Shown: positions 1-8,880, counted from the first letter of the stretch. The stretch: 32,000 nt of DNA from Candidatus Jordarchaeales archaeon (GCA_038889235.1 JAWAHN010000003.1:383703-415702); one strand, 5' to 3'. Translations and numbers: made by a program. The notes: a model not told the origin generated them from the letters alone.

Positions 1-1111
1 CCCCTTATCGAAGAAGTTGGTTGCCGAGTTCGCCGAAAACCTCGACATGATCGTTGTAATGGAGGAGCTTGAAGGGTTCATCGAGGACGAGCTCAAGAAG
101 ATAGCTTATGATGAAGGGTTAAGCGTGAAAATAGTTGGAAAAGAGTACTTCTCCCCAGCCGGCGAGCTGAGCGTCGACGACGCGCTCACAGCATATAGCA
201 AGATTTTCGGCGTTGAGTCGCCCATTAACCCGCAAGAGCTCGCCCTGAAAACGTTTAGCTTCAGCAGTCTCCTAATAATGAGGACGCCTGGCTTCTGCCC
301 CGGGTGCTCGCATAGAGCAACACTCTACGCGATAAAGAAGGCCATTGAAGGAAAGAACTACGACATAGTCTGGGGAGGAGACATAGGCTGCTATGCTAAC
401 GCTTCCCTTCCGCCCTTCAACATGAGTGACTTCATGGTGTGCATGTCTGCCGGGGTAAGCATAGCTTCGGGGATCAGTTTCAAGAGCAAGAAACAGAAGG
501 TTGTAGCGTTCATAGGTGACTCGACGTTCTTCCACACGGGAATGCCGGCGGTGCTCAACGCTGTTTGGAACAATGCAGACATACTCATAGTGGTAATGGA
601 CAACGGTTGGACGGCGATGACTGGGCACCAGCCTCACCCTGGAACTGGGATTTCGGCTGCCGGTAAGTCTAAGGCCGTAGACATCGCTGAAGTCTGCAGG
701 GCGCTGGGCGTGGACTACGTTAGGGTTGTCGACCCATTCAACTTGAAGCATGCGATATCCGTGTTCGACGAGGCGTTCAAGCAAAAAGGTGTTAGGGTCG
801 TTGTTTCGAGGCGGGAGTGCGTTCTGCAGACCATGAGAAAAATGAGAGAGATTGAAGCCGAGAAGAAGAGGAAGGGGATTGAGGAATTCTACGAGGTGGC
901 GGAGCACATATGCATATTCTGCGAGGAGTGCTTGAAAGCCTTCGGCTGCCCAGCGATCGTGGTGGGAGAGTTTGAGGGCAAAAAGGTTTCGAAGATAGAC
1001 CTTGGAAGGTGCGTCAACTGCTCTGTCTGCAAACAGCTCTGCAAAGGCTGTGCGATAACACACACGAAAGTGTGGAAGAACGCGTCGATAGTGGAGGAGG
1101 CGAAGGCATGA
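1..1111 (+). CDS. iorA: Indolepyruvate:ferredoxin oxidoreductase alpha subunit, 5'-truncated by the window edge
   Basis: The frame is open from position 2 (PLSKKLVAEF...). It has the RTPGFCPGCSH motif, GDIGCY, the TPP-binding GDSTFFH...DNGWTAMTGHQP segment and two C-terminal ferredoxin motifs (CIFCEEC...CP, CVNCSVC...C). It overlaps iorB by ATGA. Confidence 0.95.
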   Translation, partial: PLSKKLVAEFAENLDMIVVMEELEGFIEDELKKIAYDEGLSVKIVGKEYFSPAGELSVDDALTAYSKIFGVESPINPQELALKTFSFSSLLIMRTPGFCPGCSHRATLYAIKKAIEGKNYDIVWGGDIGCYANASLPPFNMSDFMVCMSAGVSIASGISFKSKKQKVVAFIGDSTFFHTGMPAVLNAVWNNADILIVVMDNGWTAMTGHQPHPGTGISAAGKSKAVDIAEVCRALGVDYVRVVDPFNLKHAISVFDEAFKQKGVRVVVSRRECVLQTMRKMREIEAEKKRKGIEEFYEVAEHICIFCEECLKAFGCPAIVVGEFEGKKVSKIDLGRCVNCSVCKQLCKGCAITHTKVWKNASIVEEAKA

Positions 1112-1749
1112 AAAAGGTCAACATAGTGATAGCCGGAGTCGGCGGGCAGGGAGTGACCACCATAGGAATGCTCCTAAAGTACGCTGCAGTAAAAGCGGGG
1201 ATTATGGTAAGCGGAAGCGAGACTAGGGGGGCTTCACAGAGAGAAGGGTCTGTCAACAGCCACGTTAGGTTCGGAGTGCTCGAGCCCGGGGAAGAGTATG
1301 ACGAGAGGCGCGGGATACACTCCTCTCTTGTTCCATCAGGGACGGCCGACTTGCTCATCGGTTTTGAGCCCATGGAGACCCTCAGGAATGCCAGGTATGT
1401 TTCAAGCAATGGCATCGTGATAATGAACACGTACGAAATATGGCCTATACCCGTGAGAGTGGGCGAGGTCTCGTATCCGCCCATAGAGAAGTTCGTTGAG
1501 GCATTGAAGGCCTTCACCCCGCATGTCTACACAGTTAATGCCAATAAGATGGCGGACGAGAGGTACGGTGGGTACACCATGGCTGGAACCATACTACTTG
1601 GCATAGCTTACGCCACAGGCAGGATACCTCTCAAAACCCACCACATAGAGGAAACCATAAGGGAACGACTGGACAACCCTGAGGAGAACATAGACGCATT
1701 CCGCTTCGGATACGAAGAAGGCAAAAAGCTGTTCAACGTTAAAGTGTAA
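1108..1749 (+). CDS. iorB: Indolepyruvate:ferredoxin oxidoreductase beta subunit
   Basis: N-terminal IVIAGVGGQG, ETRGASQREGSVNSHVR and ADLLIGFEPMETLR motifs. ATG at 1108 follows a GGAGG SD and overlaps the iorA stop. The ORF-track start at 1009 is too long. Confidence 0.93.
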   Translation: MKKVNIVIAGVGGQGVTTIGMLLKYAAVKAGIMVSGSETRGASQREGSVNSHVRFGVLEPGEEYDERRGIHSSLVPSGTADLLIGFEPMETLRNARYVSSNGIVIMNTYEIWPIPVRVGEVSYPPIEKFVEALKAFTPHVYTVNANKMADERYGGYTMAGTILLGIAYATGRIPLKTHHIEETIRERLDNPEENIDAFRFGYEEGKKLFNVKV

Positions 1750-1820
1750 ACTTGGAGTGAGTGGATCCAGCCCGAGTGTTCAGCGGAGTGAGCGTTCACA
1801 AGTGGAGGATTTTAGAGCAC

Positions 1821-2600
1821 TTAGAAGACCGCGCCTTTCAATATCCTCGGGTTGACTAGGAGTCCTATCTCTTCCATCTGAATCTTCATGGAGAGACCTT
1901 TTTCTTTCATTTCGTTGATTGTTTTTTCTATTTTCGACTCGAGTTCGTCCTTGAACTTTAGTGTTGAAGCGAAGAGTATCAGGAGGTTTGCAAGCGTTTT
2001 GTCCTCGGCGACCTCGTCTGAAAGCCTAACTTCAACTTTCCCCCCGATGTTCAGCAGCTTGGAATCCACTTTTCCAACTTTTTTCTCTTCAGCCCCGTAG
2101 AGCACGTCAAAGTCTGCTCCGAGCGAGACCCTCTTCCCCACAAGCTTCACAGTGTGGAGAGCGCCACTTTCCTCGTTTATTGACGTAAGCACATAGGTTT
2201 CAGTTCTAACAGGTCCGCGGTAGATCTTCTCAAAGTAGTGTATGATCCTGTCGTCAGCCAGCACGGCGGCGAAGACGGGCAGAGGCTGACCAACACCGAT
2301 AGACCGGGCGATGCTTCTACTCACAAGCTCTTCGATGCTTCCAATCCAGGAAATCGATGACGAGAAAAACTTCACAACCAATCTTTTCTCCCCTAGGCTA
2401 ACCTCCTCCGAGTCCCAGATGCCACTCCTATAGCCTACGTATCCGATTAAATCAGATCCAAGCTTAACCGAGCCGTAGAGGTCCATATCCCTAGTAAACT
2501 GCCTGGACTTAGACATCAAAACCTCTTTTTGCCTAATCCCTACCTCCACCCCGTGAATATCGGTCGTCCAGAAATCCACGGTGTATACTTTCTCCCCCAT
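1821..2600 (-). CDS. Hypothetical beta-rich protein; C-terminal half resembles the tubby/LURP-one/scramblase-like fold
   Basis: ATG at 2600 with GGGTGG upstream; the track ORF to 2909 overlaps the neighbouring gene. C-terminal KRVSLGADFDV..EEKKVGKVDSKLLNIGGKVEVRL..E..LANLLILFA fits the strand/strand/terminal hydrophobic helix pattern of LURP-one-like proteins. The fold call is inference. Confidence 0.6.
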   Translation of the reverse strand: MGEKVYTVDFWTTDIHGVEVGIRQKEVLMSKSRQFTRDMDLYGSVKLGSDLIGYVGYRSGIWDSEEVSLGEKRLVVKFFSSSISWIGSIEELVSRSIARSIGVGQPLPVFAAVLADDRIIHYFEKIYRGPVRTETYVLTSINEESGALHTVKLVGKRVSLGADFDVLYGAEEKKVGKVDSKLLNIGGKVEVRLSDEVAEDKTLANLLILFASTLKFKDELESKIEKTINEMKEKGLSMKIQMEEIGLLVNPRILKGAVF

Positions 2601-2683
2601 AACAACCACCCTTGTACTAAGAAAGTGTCGCGGCACGGCAATATAAGAGCAGCGGTCGAGCAGTTCAAGTGAGAGTTGCTTCT

Positions 2684-3256
2684 TCAACGCGTAAAGGCTT
2701 TTCTGAGCCTGTGAATGTAGGATAGCATCCTGTAAGTTCCTAGAAGCCCGTAAAGTGCAAGAGCTAGAAGTACCGGGAAAGCTAGCGTGTAGGTATCCCA
2801 CGTGGAGAGCTGTATGGATGGGGTTAAAGCTATCACCCATGCTAGCGTAACTGCGGGCACCGTGTAGAGCGCCAGGTGCGCTGCCTCGCTCACCACTATC
2901 TCCCGCCACTTCGCCTTGCTAGCCGCCTTAACTATCATTTCGAAGTATTTTTCCTCTCCAACCCCCTTCACGAACCATGCCCCTTGAACATTTCCCGCCG
3001 CGAGGAACAGTGAGAAGAAGAAAACGAGAAGAGAGACGAAGACGTGGAGAGACGCCAGCACAATGATGGGAATTTGCAGCATAACCGCCCCCTTCCAGCC
3101 GAGCCTCCCCACAACTCTACTAGTTTCAAGTTTTAACCGTGGAGTCACATACAATGTTGAAGCTAGATCTAAAGCCCTACCGACTCCGGCGATGAAAGCG
3201 TTAACCACCAGCGGAAACCAATCCTGGATCACAGGCAAAACCCACCCGGAAATCAT
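2684..3256 (-). CDS. Hypothetical multi-pass membrane protein
   Basis: 190 aa with about 5 hydrophobic segments. The N-terminal RALDLASTLYVTP.L.LE motif is reminiscent of DUF5658-like small membrane proteins (weak). Confidence 0.75.
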   Translation of the reverse strand: MISGWVLPVIQDWFPLVVNAFIAGVGRALDLASTLYVTPRLKLETSRVVGRLGWKGAVMLQIPIIVLASLHVFVSLLVFFFSLFLAAGNVQGAWFVKGVGEEKYFEMIVKAASKAKWREIVVSEAAHLALYTVPAVTLAWVIALTPSIQLSTWDTYTLAFPVLLALALYGLLGTYRMLSYIHRLRKAFTR

Positions 3257-3282
3257 TTTTCACGGAAACCTTTAACCAGCGG

Positions 3283-3681
3283 CTAGGTTTTTATCTTGCT
3301 GAGCCACCTCGACCTTTTCACGACCTCGGGGCTCACCTCGACCACTTTTCCTTCAGCTACCACGAGATGAGTCACCGGTATCTTCGCCCCAGAAATTCTA
3401 AGCGCTTCTTGGACGGCATAGTGTAACTGGACGCAGTGCGGCGAGCCGTCCACCGTCAACACGGTCACCGACAGCGGCGGATTACTTAGCTTGAACATGT
3501 ACGCCAACTTATAGACAAGCATGTTAACATGTTCAGCCTCCAAGCAGGCGGAGAGGGCCGTGCGCCCCCTCGAAACCTCCCCGAACACGTCAGGGTACTC
3601 GACTTGAATACAAGAGCTGTAAATGAGAACGTCTTTCCCTTGAACGGTACGGCTTCCAGCATTTGTCTCGGAAAGCCTCAT
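3283..3681 (-). CDS. Small Cys/His-containing protein, putative Fe-S or metal-binding
   Basis: SSC, SACLE..H and TVLTVDGSPHCVQL motifs resemble, from recall, the non-ferredoxin domain of proteins commonly annotated '4Fe-4S ferredoxin'. There is no canonical CxxCxxC. Confidence 0.7.
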   Translation of the reverse strand: MRLSETNAGSRTVQGKDVLIYSSCIQVEYPDVFGEVSRGRTALSACLEAEHVNMLVYKLAYMFKLSNPPLSVTVLTVDGSPHCVQLHYAVQEALRISGAKIPVTHLVVAEGKVVEVSPEVVKRSRWLSKIKT

Positions 3682-3756
3682 AACGAACCCCTCTAAAAAC
3701 TTATTAGACGCAAAACGCCTTTAACTATCTTTCAGGTAGTACGAGAAGGGGTTTGA

Positions 3757-4005
3757 ATGCCGGAGGAGATAGTAGTCAGGTGCCTAGTTAAGGGGGAGGC
3801 GTGTAGCGCTGTTAGGGTATCCTCGGAGAGCGGGGAGGTAACCATCGACCCACGAGTCTGTCTAAGGTGCGAGCTACTGAGAGGAGAAAGACTGACACTT
3901 CCAATATTCGCAATACAGCCGCTGCGCCCCCTAGCCTCCACCAGACTGTTACCAGAAATCCAACCAGCGAGGCCGCCACTAAGCATAACCAAGAGCAGAC
4001 CTTAA
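3757..4005 (+). CDS. Small hypothetical protein with four Cys and a Pro-rich tail
   Basis: 82 aa, purine-rich SD-like AAGGGG upstream, fills the gap between flanking genes. Cys pattern is C-x6-C-x18-CxxC. Confidence 0.5.
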   Translation: MPEEIVVRCLVKGEACSAVRVSSESGEVTIDPRVCLRCELLRGERLTLPIFAIQPLRPLASTRLLPEIQPARPPLSITKSRP

Positions 4006-4063
4006 AACAAAACTACAAAGAGGCAAAAATAAAAATATAGAAGATAAGGGGAGCGAGGTTACC

Positions 4064-4534
4064 TCACTTCTTTGTTATGTTGTACGTTATGACGCCGCCG
4101 ATGAGGGCGAGCAGTGCACCCACGTTGAAGAGCAGTAGGAAGCCTATTAGGCCGAAGACTATGCAGACTATGCTCCCAGCTTTCATTCCCCTCATGTTCA
4201 TTAAGCCACCTATGATCGCCAGTAGTCCAATGATTATTAGGCTAATTCCGTAGAGGTATACCCCGCTACCCAGGCTTCCGAGAATGTTGGGCAGGAAGCC
4301 TAGCACTGCAGAAATGCTCTTCAGAATTAGGTCTAGCAGCGGAATGGCTGCGACAATGGGAGCAAAGAGCTCTGGGTTAATCATGTACACAAGAAGCGTT
4401 GACATGATGGAGTTGGCTACTGCTGATGGAATTGGGAGGACTAGCACACCTACGCCTATGGCGTATATGCCGCCAATCACTGAGAGAGTGGACCACGCTG
4501 AGATTATGCTCTTTTGGGTAACGGCTTCAGACAT
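4064..4534 (-). CDS. Hypothetical membrane protein (Gly/Ile/Leu-rich, about 4 TM)
   Basis: 156 aa, strongly hydrophobic; GGAGG/GGAGTGA SD directly upstream of ATG 4534. Confidence 0.8.
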   Translation of the reverse strand: MSEAVTQKSIISAWSTLSVIGGIYAIGVGVLVLPIPSAVANSIMSTLLVYMINPELFAPIVAAIPLLDLILKSISAVLGFLPNILGSLGSGVYLYGISLIIIGLLAIIGGLMNMRGMKAGSIVCIVFGLIGFLLLFNVGALLALIGGVITYNITKK

Positions 4535-4683
4535 TCACTCCACTCCTCCAACCCTTCTTGTAGTATTTTTCCCTAATTTTGCTATAAAAGCTTTTTCTAC
4601 ACTTGGATCGTGGGGTGTGGGTTTAACTGCTTTCTTTTTGTACCCTCTTGGCTGCCATGGTGCGGCTTAGGACTTTTTATGGG

Positions 4684-4698
4684 GGAAACATTTATATG
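4684..4698 (+). promoter_or_regulatory. Archaeal BRE + TATA box for the dtxR-feoB operon
   Basis: GGAAACA-TTTATATG lies about 35 nt before ATG 4731; a near-identical element sits at 21581-21595. Confidence 0.75.
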
Positions 4699-4702
4699 TA
4701 TT

Positions 4703-4718
4703 TTTAGGTTAGCCTAAA
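4703..4718. promoter_or_regulatory. DtxR/SirR-type operator palindrome
   Basis: TTTAGG-TTAG-CCTAAA has perfect 6-bp arms and lies between the TATA box and the start of the DtxR-family gene. It resembles known DtxR/SirR boxes (TTAGGTTA(G/A)CCTAA). Confidence 0.8.
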
Positions 4719-4730
4719 TTGGTGTCCCCG

Positions 4731-5435
4731 ATGACCACTGAAAGTGAGAAACTTTCAGAGGCCGAAGAAGAGTACATAGAAGCACTCTACCACATGCATG
4801 AAGAGGGGAAAACCAATGTAAAGACCAGTGAGCTAGCTAGGAGGCTGCGTGTATCCCCAGCGTCAGTGACCGAGATGCTCAGAGACTCGCTCGCAAAAAA
4901 AGACTTGGTTAAATATGTTCCGTACAAGGGAGCTAGTTTAACCCCTAAGGGACGTGAGGTGGCAGCTAAGATTGTAAGGAAGCACAGGATAGCTGAGCGG
5001 CTGCTCACAGACATAGTGGGGGTCGACTGGGACGAGTGTCATGAGGAGGCATGCAAGCTAGAACATGCCCTGAGCGACAGCGTGGTCGACAAGCTGGCAG
5101 CATCACTTAAAAACCCCGACACGTGCCCTCACGGCAACATTATCCCCCCGCCTACTGGGGAGATAAAGGTTGAGGGGAGGCCGCTAGCCTTCTTCAACCC
5201 GCCGGCGAAGGTTAAGGTTGTCAGGATAAGTAGGGAGGGGCGCGACACTCTGAGGAGGCTGGCATCACTTGGCATAATGCCAGGGGTCGAGCTTAAACTT
5301 GTTAGGAAATCCCCGGCCGGCGGCCCGCTGATAGTGGATTCAGGCTGCCTCCAGGTGGCAGTAGGGCGCGATCTCGCAGAAGTAATAATGGTTGTCCCGG
5401 TGGATGGGGAAGATGAGCGGAAGGGGCACAGCTGA
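4731..5435 (+). CDS. DtxR/MntR-family metal-dependent repressor with C-terminal FeoA-like (SH3) domain
   Basis: EEYIEALY, wHTH (TSELARRLRVSPASVTEML), RKHRIAERLL, EACKLEH metal site and CPHGNIIP, followed by FeoA-like RRLASLGIMPG...GP...VAVGRDLA. ATG 4731 is preferred over TTG 4719. Confidence 0.95.
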   Translation: MTTESEKLSEAEEEYIEALYHMHEEGKTNVKTSELARRLRVSPASVTEMLRDSLAKKDLVKYVPYKGASLTPKGREVAAKIVRKHRIAERLLTDIVGVDWDECHEEACKLEHALSDSVVDKLAASLKNPDTCPHGNIIPPPTGEIKVEGRPLAFFNPPAKVKVVRISREGRDTLRRLASLGIMPGVELKLVRKSPAGGPLIVDSGCLQVAVGRDLAEVIMVVPVDGEDERKGHS

Positions 5436-7650
5436 CGAGAGTGTGCCGAGAGTATTCCTTGTTGGAGCGCCAAATGTCGGTAAAAGTGTGTTCTTCAACA
5501 GGCTGGCGGGAGTTAACGCTATAGTTTCAAACTATCCTGGGACAACGGTTGAGGTTCTTAAGGGATTAGCCAGCATCGACGGCTTTAGGATTGAGGTAGT
5601 AGACCTCCCGGGAACGTACAGCTTAGGTAGCCTTTCAGAGGAGCAGGAGGTGACGTTGAGGGCTATACTGGAGGAAGAGCCGGACGTTATAGTCAATGTG
5701 GTTGACGCGAGCAGGCTGGAGCAGAGCCTTGTCCTCACGCTTCAACTGCTAGAGTTTAACGTCCCGCTTGTGATCGCACTAAACCAAGTGGACTTCGCCA
5801 AGAAGAGGGGGATCAACATAGACCACGAAAAACTCTCAGAGTTACTGGGCGTCCCCGTCATACCAACTGTGGCAACTAAAGGGATAAACGTCAGAAAAGT
5901 GCTGGAAACCGCCGTCGAAATGATAGCTGGAGAAGAGGAGGGTGGCAGGCATTTTCCCAAGCACAGATACAGGGTTAGGAGGAGATTCAGATATGGGCAG
6001 CCGAAAGACGCTACTTGGCTCCAGGCTGGTGGTAGGCGTAAGAGAGTTGAGTACTCGCCTTTGGTGGAAAAGTGTATCCGGAGGCTTGAACGAGCCTTCT
6101 CATCGTTTGGCGGGCGTAGAGTGGTAACCGCGAGGAGCTTAGCGGAGTGGGCTTTGGAGGGGGACCTTAGGGCTGTGGAGGCGGCTCTCGGAACAAAGTT
6201 GCCAGAGTGGCTGGCTGCCGAGGTAGAAGACGCGATGCGCGAGCTGGTGGGCTTTGTCGGCGAAGACGCTCCGGTGGTTATAGCCAAAGAGAGGTTTGCC
6301 CTGGCTGGTTGGATAGCTAGGCAGGTTACGCGCAAGGGGGGAGTTGAGGCGTCATCGCAAGAGAAGCTGGACGACGTATTACTTTCCTATTCAGCGGGGC
6401 TCCCCATTCTTATCCTCATCTTAGTAGGGTTATTTGCATTAGTGTTTTTTGGCGGGAGCACGCTTGAAAAAATTATTGCGGGCTTCTTCGAGGAGTACAT
6501 GTACCCCTTTGCGGAGTGGGTTACCGGTTACACTTGGGTTGAGACAGCTATGGAGGTAATTGGCGGCTACGTAGAAGAAGTGTACGGCGGTGGAGCAGCA
6601 AAGCTTATTGGGCTTGTGGCAAGCCAGCTTTTCCCCTTCCAGACTCTTGCAAAGTACTTTTTGTTGGACGGATTACTGACAGGGGTTGAAGCGGCTTTAT
6701 CGGTCGCGCTGCCTTACGTGGTCACATTCTACCTCGCCCTAGCGCTTCTGGAGGATACAGGTTACCTGTCACGCATAGCGTACCTGACAGACTTGTTTCT
6801 CCACAAGTTTGGGCTTCACGGGAAATCGGTTATACCTCTGATTTCAGCTTTAGGTTGTAATGTTCCAGCGGTGATGGCGACGAGGATACTTGAAAGCAGG
6901 AAGCAGAGGGTGGTCGTCACTTTCCTGATAGCACTCTTACCTTGCTCCGCGAGAACAGCGGTCATACTTGGGGCTGCCGGCTACTACGGAGGATTCCAGT
7001 ACGCGCTTGCAATATATTTGGTGGTCGTAGGGGTTGCTGCTTTGCTCTCGGTGGTGCTAAGCAGAGTGATCCCTGGAGAGTCCCCGAGTATGCTTATGGA
7101 GATGCCGCCTTACAGAGTGCCGACGCTGTCGTCCATGCTTTCCAAAACTTGGATTAGGACGCGGGAGTTCTTCAAAATAGCCTTTCCATTCGTAGTGGTT
7201 GGCAGCCTCCTGCTTGCACTTTTTGAAGTCTTCAACCTTACGTCGCCACTCCTGTATGCTTCAACAAGCTTCATGAGCAACGTCCTTGGCCTCCCGTCGA
7301 TCACAAGCATCACACTAGTGTATGGGCTTCTCCGCAAGGAAATGGCCATCGAAACCCTTCTAGTTATCTCGAAGCTTAAGCTAGGGGTAAGTGACCTATC
7401 CCTCTTCATGACCCCAATGCAGATATTCATCTACGCACTAGTTGTGGCCCTGTACTTCCCATGCGTCGCAACTTTCGTAGTAATAGCTAGAGAGTTTGGC
7501 CTGAAAACAGCGCTAATGGTGAGCGCAACAACGATAACCACAGCCCTTCTGATAGGAGGAGTCGTCTACCACGCCTATCTAGCCGTAAACCCATTAGCCA
7601 TAGAGCCACTCTTAACGCTCCTAGTTAACTGGTGGACGCTCACATCCTAA
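5413..7650 (+). CDS. feoB: Ferrous iron transporter FeoB
   Basis: G1 GAPNVGKS, G2 NYPGTT, G3 DLPG, G4 NQVD; membrane domain with LEDTGYLSR, GCNVPAVMATR, LLPCSAR, EMPPY and YFPCVAT. Confidence 0.97.
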   Translation: MSGRGTADESVPRVFLVGAPNVGKSVFFNRLAGVNAIVSNYPGTTVEVLKGLASIDGFRIEVVDLPGTYSLGSLSEEQEVTLRAILEEEPDVIVNVVDASRLEQSLVLTLQLLEFNVPLVIALNQVDFAKKRGINIDHEKLSELLGVPVIPTVATKGINVRKVLETAVEMIAGEEEGGRHFPKHRYRVRRRFRYGQPKDATWLQAGGRRKRVEYSPLVEKCIRRLERAFSSFGGRRVVTARSLAEWALEGDLRAVEAALGTKLPEWLAAEVEDAMRELVGFVGEDAPVVIAKERFALAGWIARQVTRKGGVEASSQEKLDDVLLSYSAGLPILILILVGLFALVFFGGSTLEKIIAGFFEEYMYPFAEWVTGYTWVETAMEVIGGYVEEVYGGGAAKLIGLVASQLFPFQTLAKYFLLDGLLTGVEAALSVALPYVVTFYLALALLEDTGYLSRIAYLTDLFLHKFGLHGKSVIPLISALGCNVPAVMATRILESRKQRVVVTFLIALLPCSARTAVILGAAGYYGGFQYALAIYLVVVGVAALLSVVLSRVIPGESPSMLMEMPPYRVPTLSSMLSKTWIRTREFFKIAFPFVVVGSLLLALFEVFNLTSPLLYASTSFMSNVLGLPSITSITLVYGLLRKEMAIETLLVISKLKLGVSDLSLFMTPMQIFIYALVVALYFPCVATFVVIAREFGLKTALMVSATTITTALLIGGVVYHAYLAVNPLAIEPLLTLLVNWWTLTS

Positions 7651-7882
7651 GAGCATCGGACGGGCAGCGAGCACCCACCAACTCATCTTCCACCTTTCAG
7701 TCTTAGGATTTTATGGTCAGCGGGAGAGCTGCGGTGAAAACAACCTTGTGACTTGGATTACTTTTAAGTATGTTTAGAGGCGCACACTGGAAATTCAGCA
7801 CAGGCTTCCTGCACTCGCCCGGTCACCTGGGAAGCATGCATAAAGAGTTAGTCGTTCAAAGTTATCGAGTGACAAACCGCCT

Positions 7883-8299
7883 TCACCCTACTTTTTCTAC
7901 GACAAACAATTGCTGTTCATCTGCTTCTAGCAGGCCTATAGCTTCTTTCTCCAACTCACTTTTTTCCGCCGGCATCTTTGAGAGAAGGCTTTCAACGAGC
8001 TTTCTCGGAAGCGAGACTTCGACGGCACTTTTATCTGAGCGAAACGTTATTTTCACTTCGAGTTTATCGCTGGAGGGGGTCACGGTCAGCTTTCCGTTTC
8101 CCACGGTGCACCCCGAAGCAGCCTGGATTCCGTCTATTACGCAGCTTAAGGGTGGTTTAGGGAAAACGCGGACCTCTACGGCTGAAGGCGTACCTATTAA
8201 CCTCCTAGCGATGAGGCTGGCGCGTAATCCTAGAACGAGGAATGGGCCGAGGTGTCCGTGAAGTCTAACAGCGAAGCTTAAAAAATCTTCATTTCCCAT
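7883..8299 (-). CDS. Stand-alone FmdE-family protein
   Basis: FmdE signature HGHLGP...G...SCVIDGIQAASGCTVGNGKL; no fmd/fwd catalytic genes adjacent. Confidence 0.88.
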   Translation of the reverse strand: MGNEDFLSFAVRLHGHLGPFLVLGLRASLIARRLIGTPSAVEVRVFPKPPLSCVIDGIQAASGCTVGNGKLTVTPSSDKLEVKITFRSDKSAVEVSLPRKLVESLLSKMPAEKSELEKEAIGLLEADEQQLFVVEKVG

Positions 8300-8410
8300 T
8301 CTTTAATCCCCCGTGTGCCTTACACGTTACATTTAGCCATACCTGAACCGTATATGCATTCGCTGCAGTTTGAAGAGTTAATCGTTAGCAGCTTATATCG
8401 TTGCCGTCGA

Positions 8411-8880
8411 TCAACCAACATCTAAGCGTGAAGTAGGAGTGCAGCTTTCACGCCACAGAATAGCCTTCGGTAGTGCACTTATCCCCTCTAAGTCCAGCAT
8501 AACTCTTTCTTCTCCATATTTCTTGCTGTTCTTGCTTACGTCCCAGAAGAAGTGTGCCCTAAACAGCTTGTCATGCTTGTTTACATATAAGTTAATGGTT
8601 GTGGAGTTATTCTTGGCACTCGAAGACTTTACCGTCTCATCGCACTACTACAACATTTCTTTCACTACGAGGGGCAAAGTTCTAGCATTAGCCTTTGAAT
8701 GGCGTCGACGGAAGGTCTATTTCTAAGCTGCATTCCCCTTGCAACCCGTTCAGCACCCCTGAAGGTCTCATTGACGATTTCCATTAGTTTAAAGGTCTAC
8801 CTTTGCCTCTCGAGAGAGGGTGTTTTAGCTTGACCTCCCTTGTGTCCCTAGCCTTTACGCTTCACTTAGAGGCTCAACTT
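8411..8880 (-). pseudogene. Probable decayed gene of unknown family
   Basis: Manual translation of the minus strand gives protein-like pieces in different frames: MEIVNETFRGAERVARGMQLRNRPSVDAIQRLMLELCPS* (8784-8665) and, after two TAGs, ETVKSSS...NKHDKLFRAHFFWDVSKNSKKYGEERVMLDLEGISALPKAILWRE...* (8644-8411). Confidence 0.35.

Noticed and set aside
272-1063. 263-aa minus-strand ORF, and similar antisense or alternative-frame ORFs throughout the track (e.g. 9949-10452, 10510-11118, 19854-20402, 21777-22538)
   Set aside because: They lie entirely over well-supported genes and carry no recognisable motifs; these are shadow ORFs.
2601-2909. N-terminal 103 aa of the 362-aa track ORF
   Set aside because: It overlaps the upstream membrane-protein gene in another frame; ATG 2600 has an SD and gives a cleaner start.
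3754-3756. In-frame TGA before the small Cys protein, and UGA stops of the redox genes, as possible selenocysteine codons
   Set aside because: The upstream frame has no start or coding character, and the catalytic positions I inspected in Prx, TusA, DsrE and AOR are ordinary Cys codons.
4284-4670. 128-aa plus-strand ORF
   Set aside because: It is antisense to the membrane protein that has a strong SD and runs across a promoter region.
7718-7835. Cobalamin-riboswitch-like words (GGGAGAGCTGCGGTGAAAA, CACTGG, GGGAAG)
   Set aside because: The site lies between convergent genes with nothing downstream to regulate, and I could not build the core helices.
8439-8726. 95-aa plus-strand ORF in the large gap
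   Set aside because: Ser/Phe/Leu-rich composition typical of the antisense of a coding strand; the minus-strand fragments look more protein-like.
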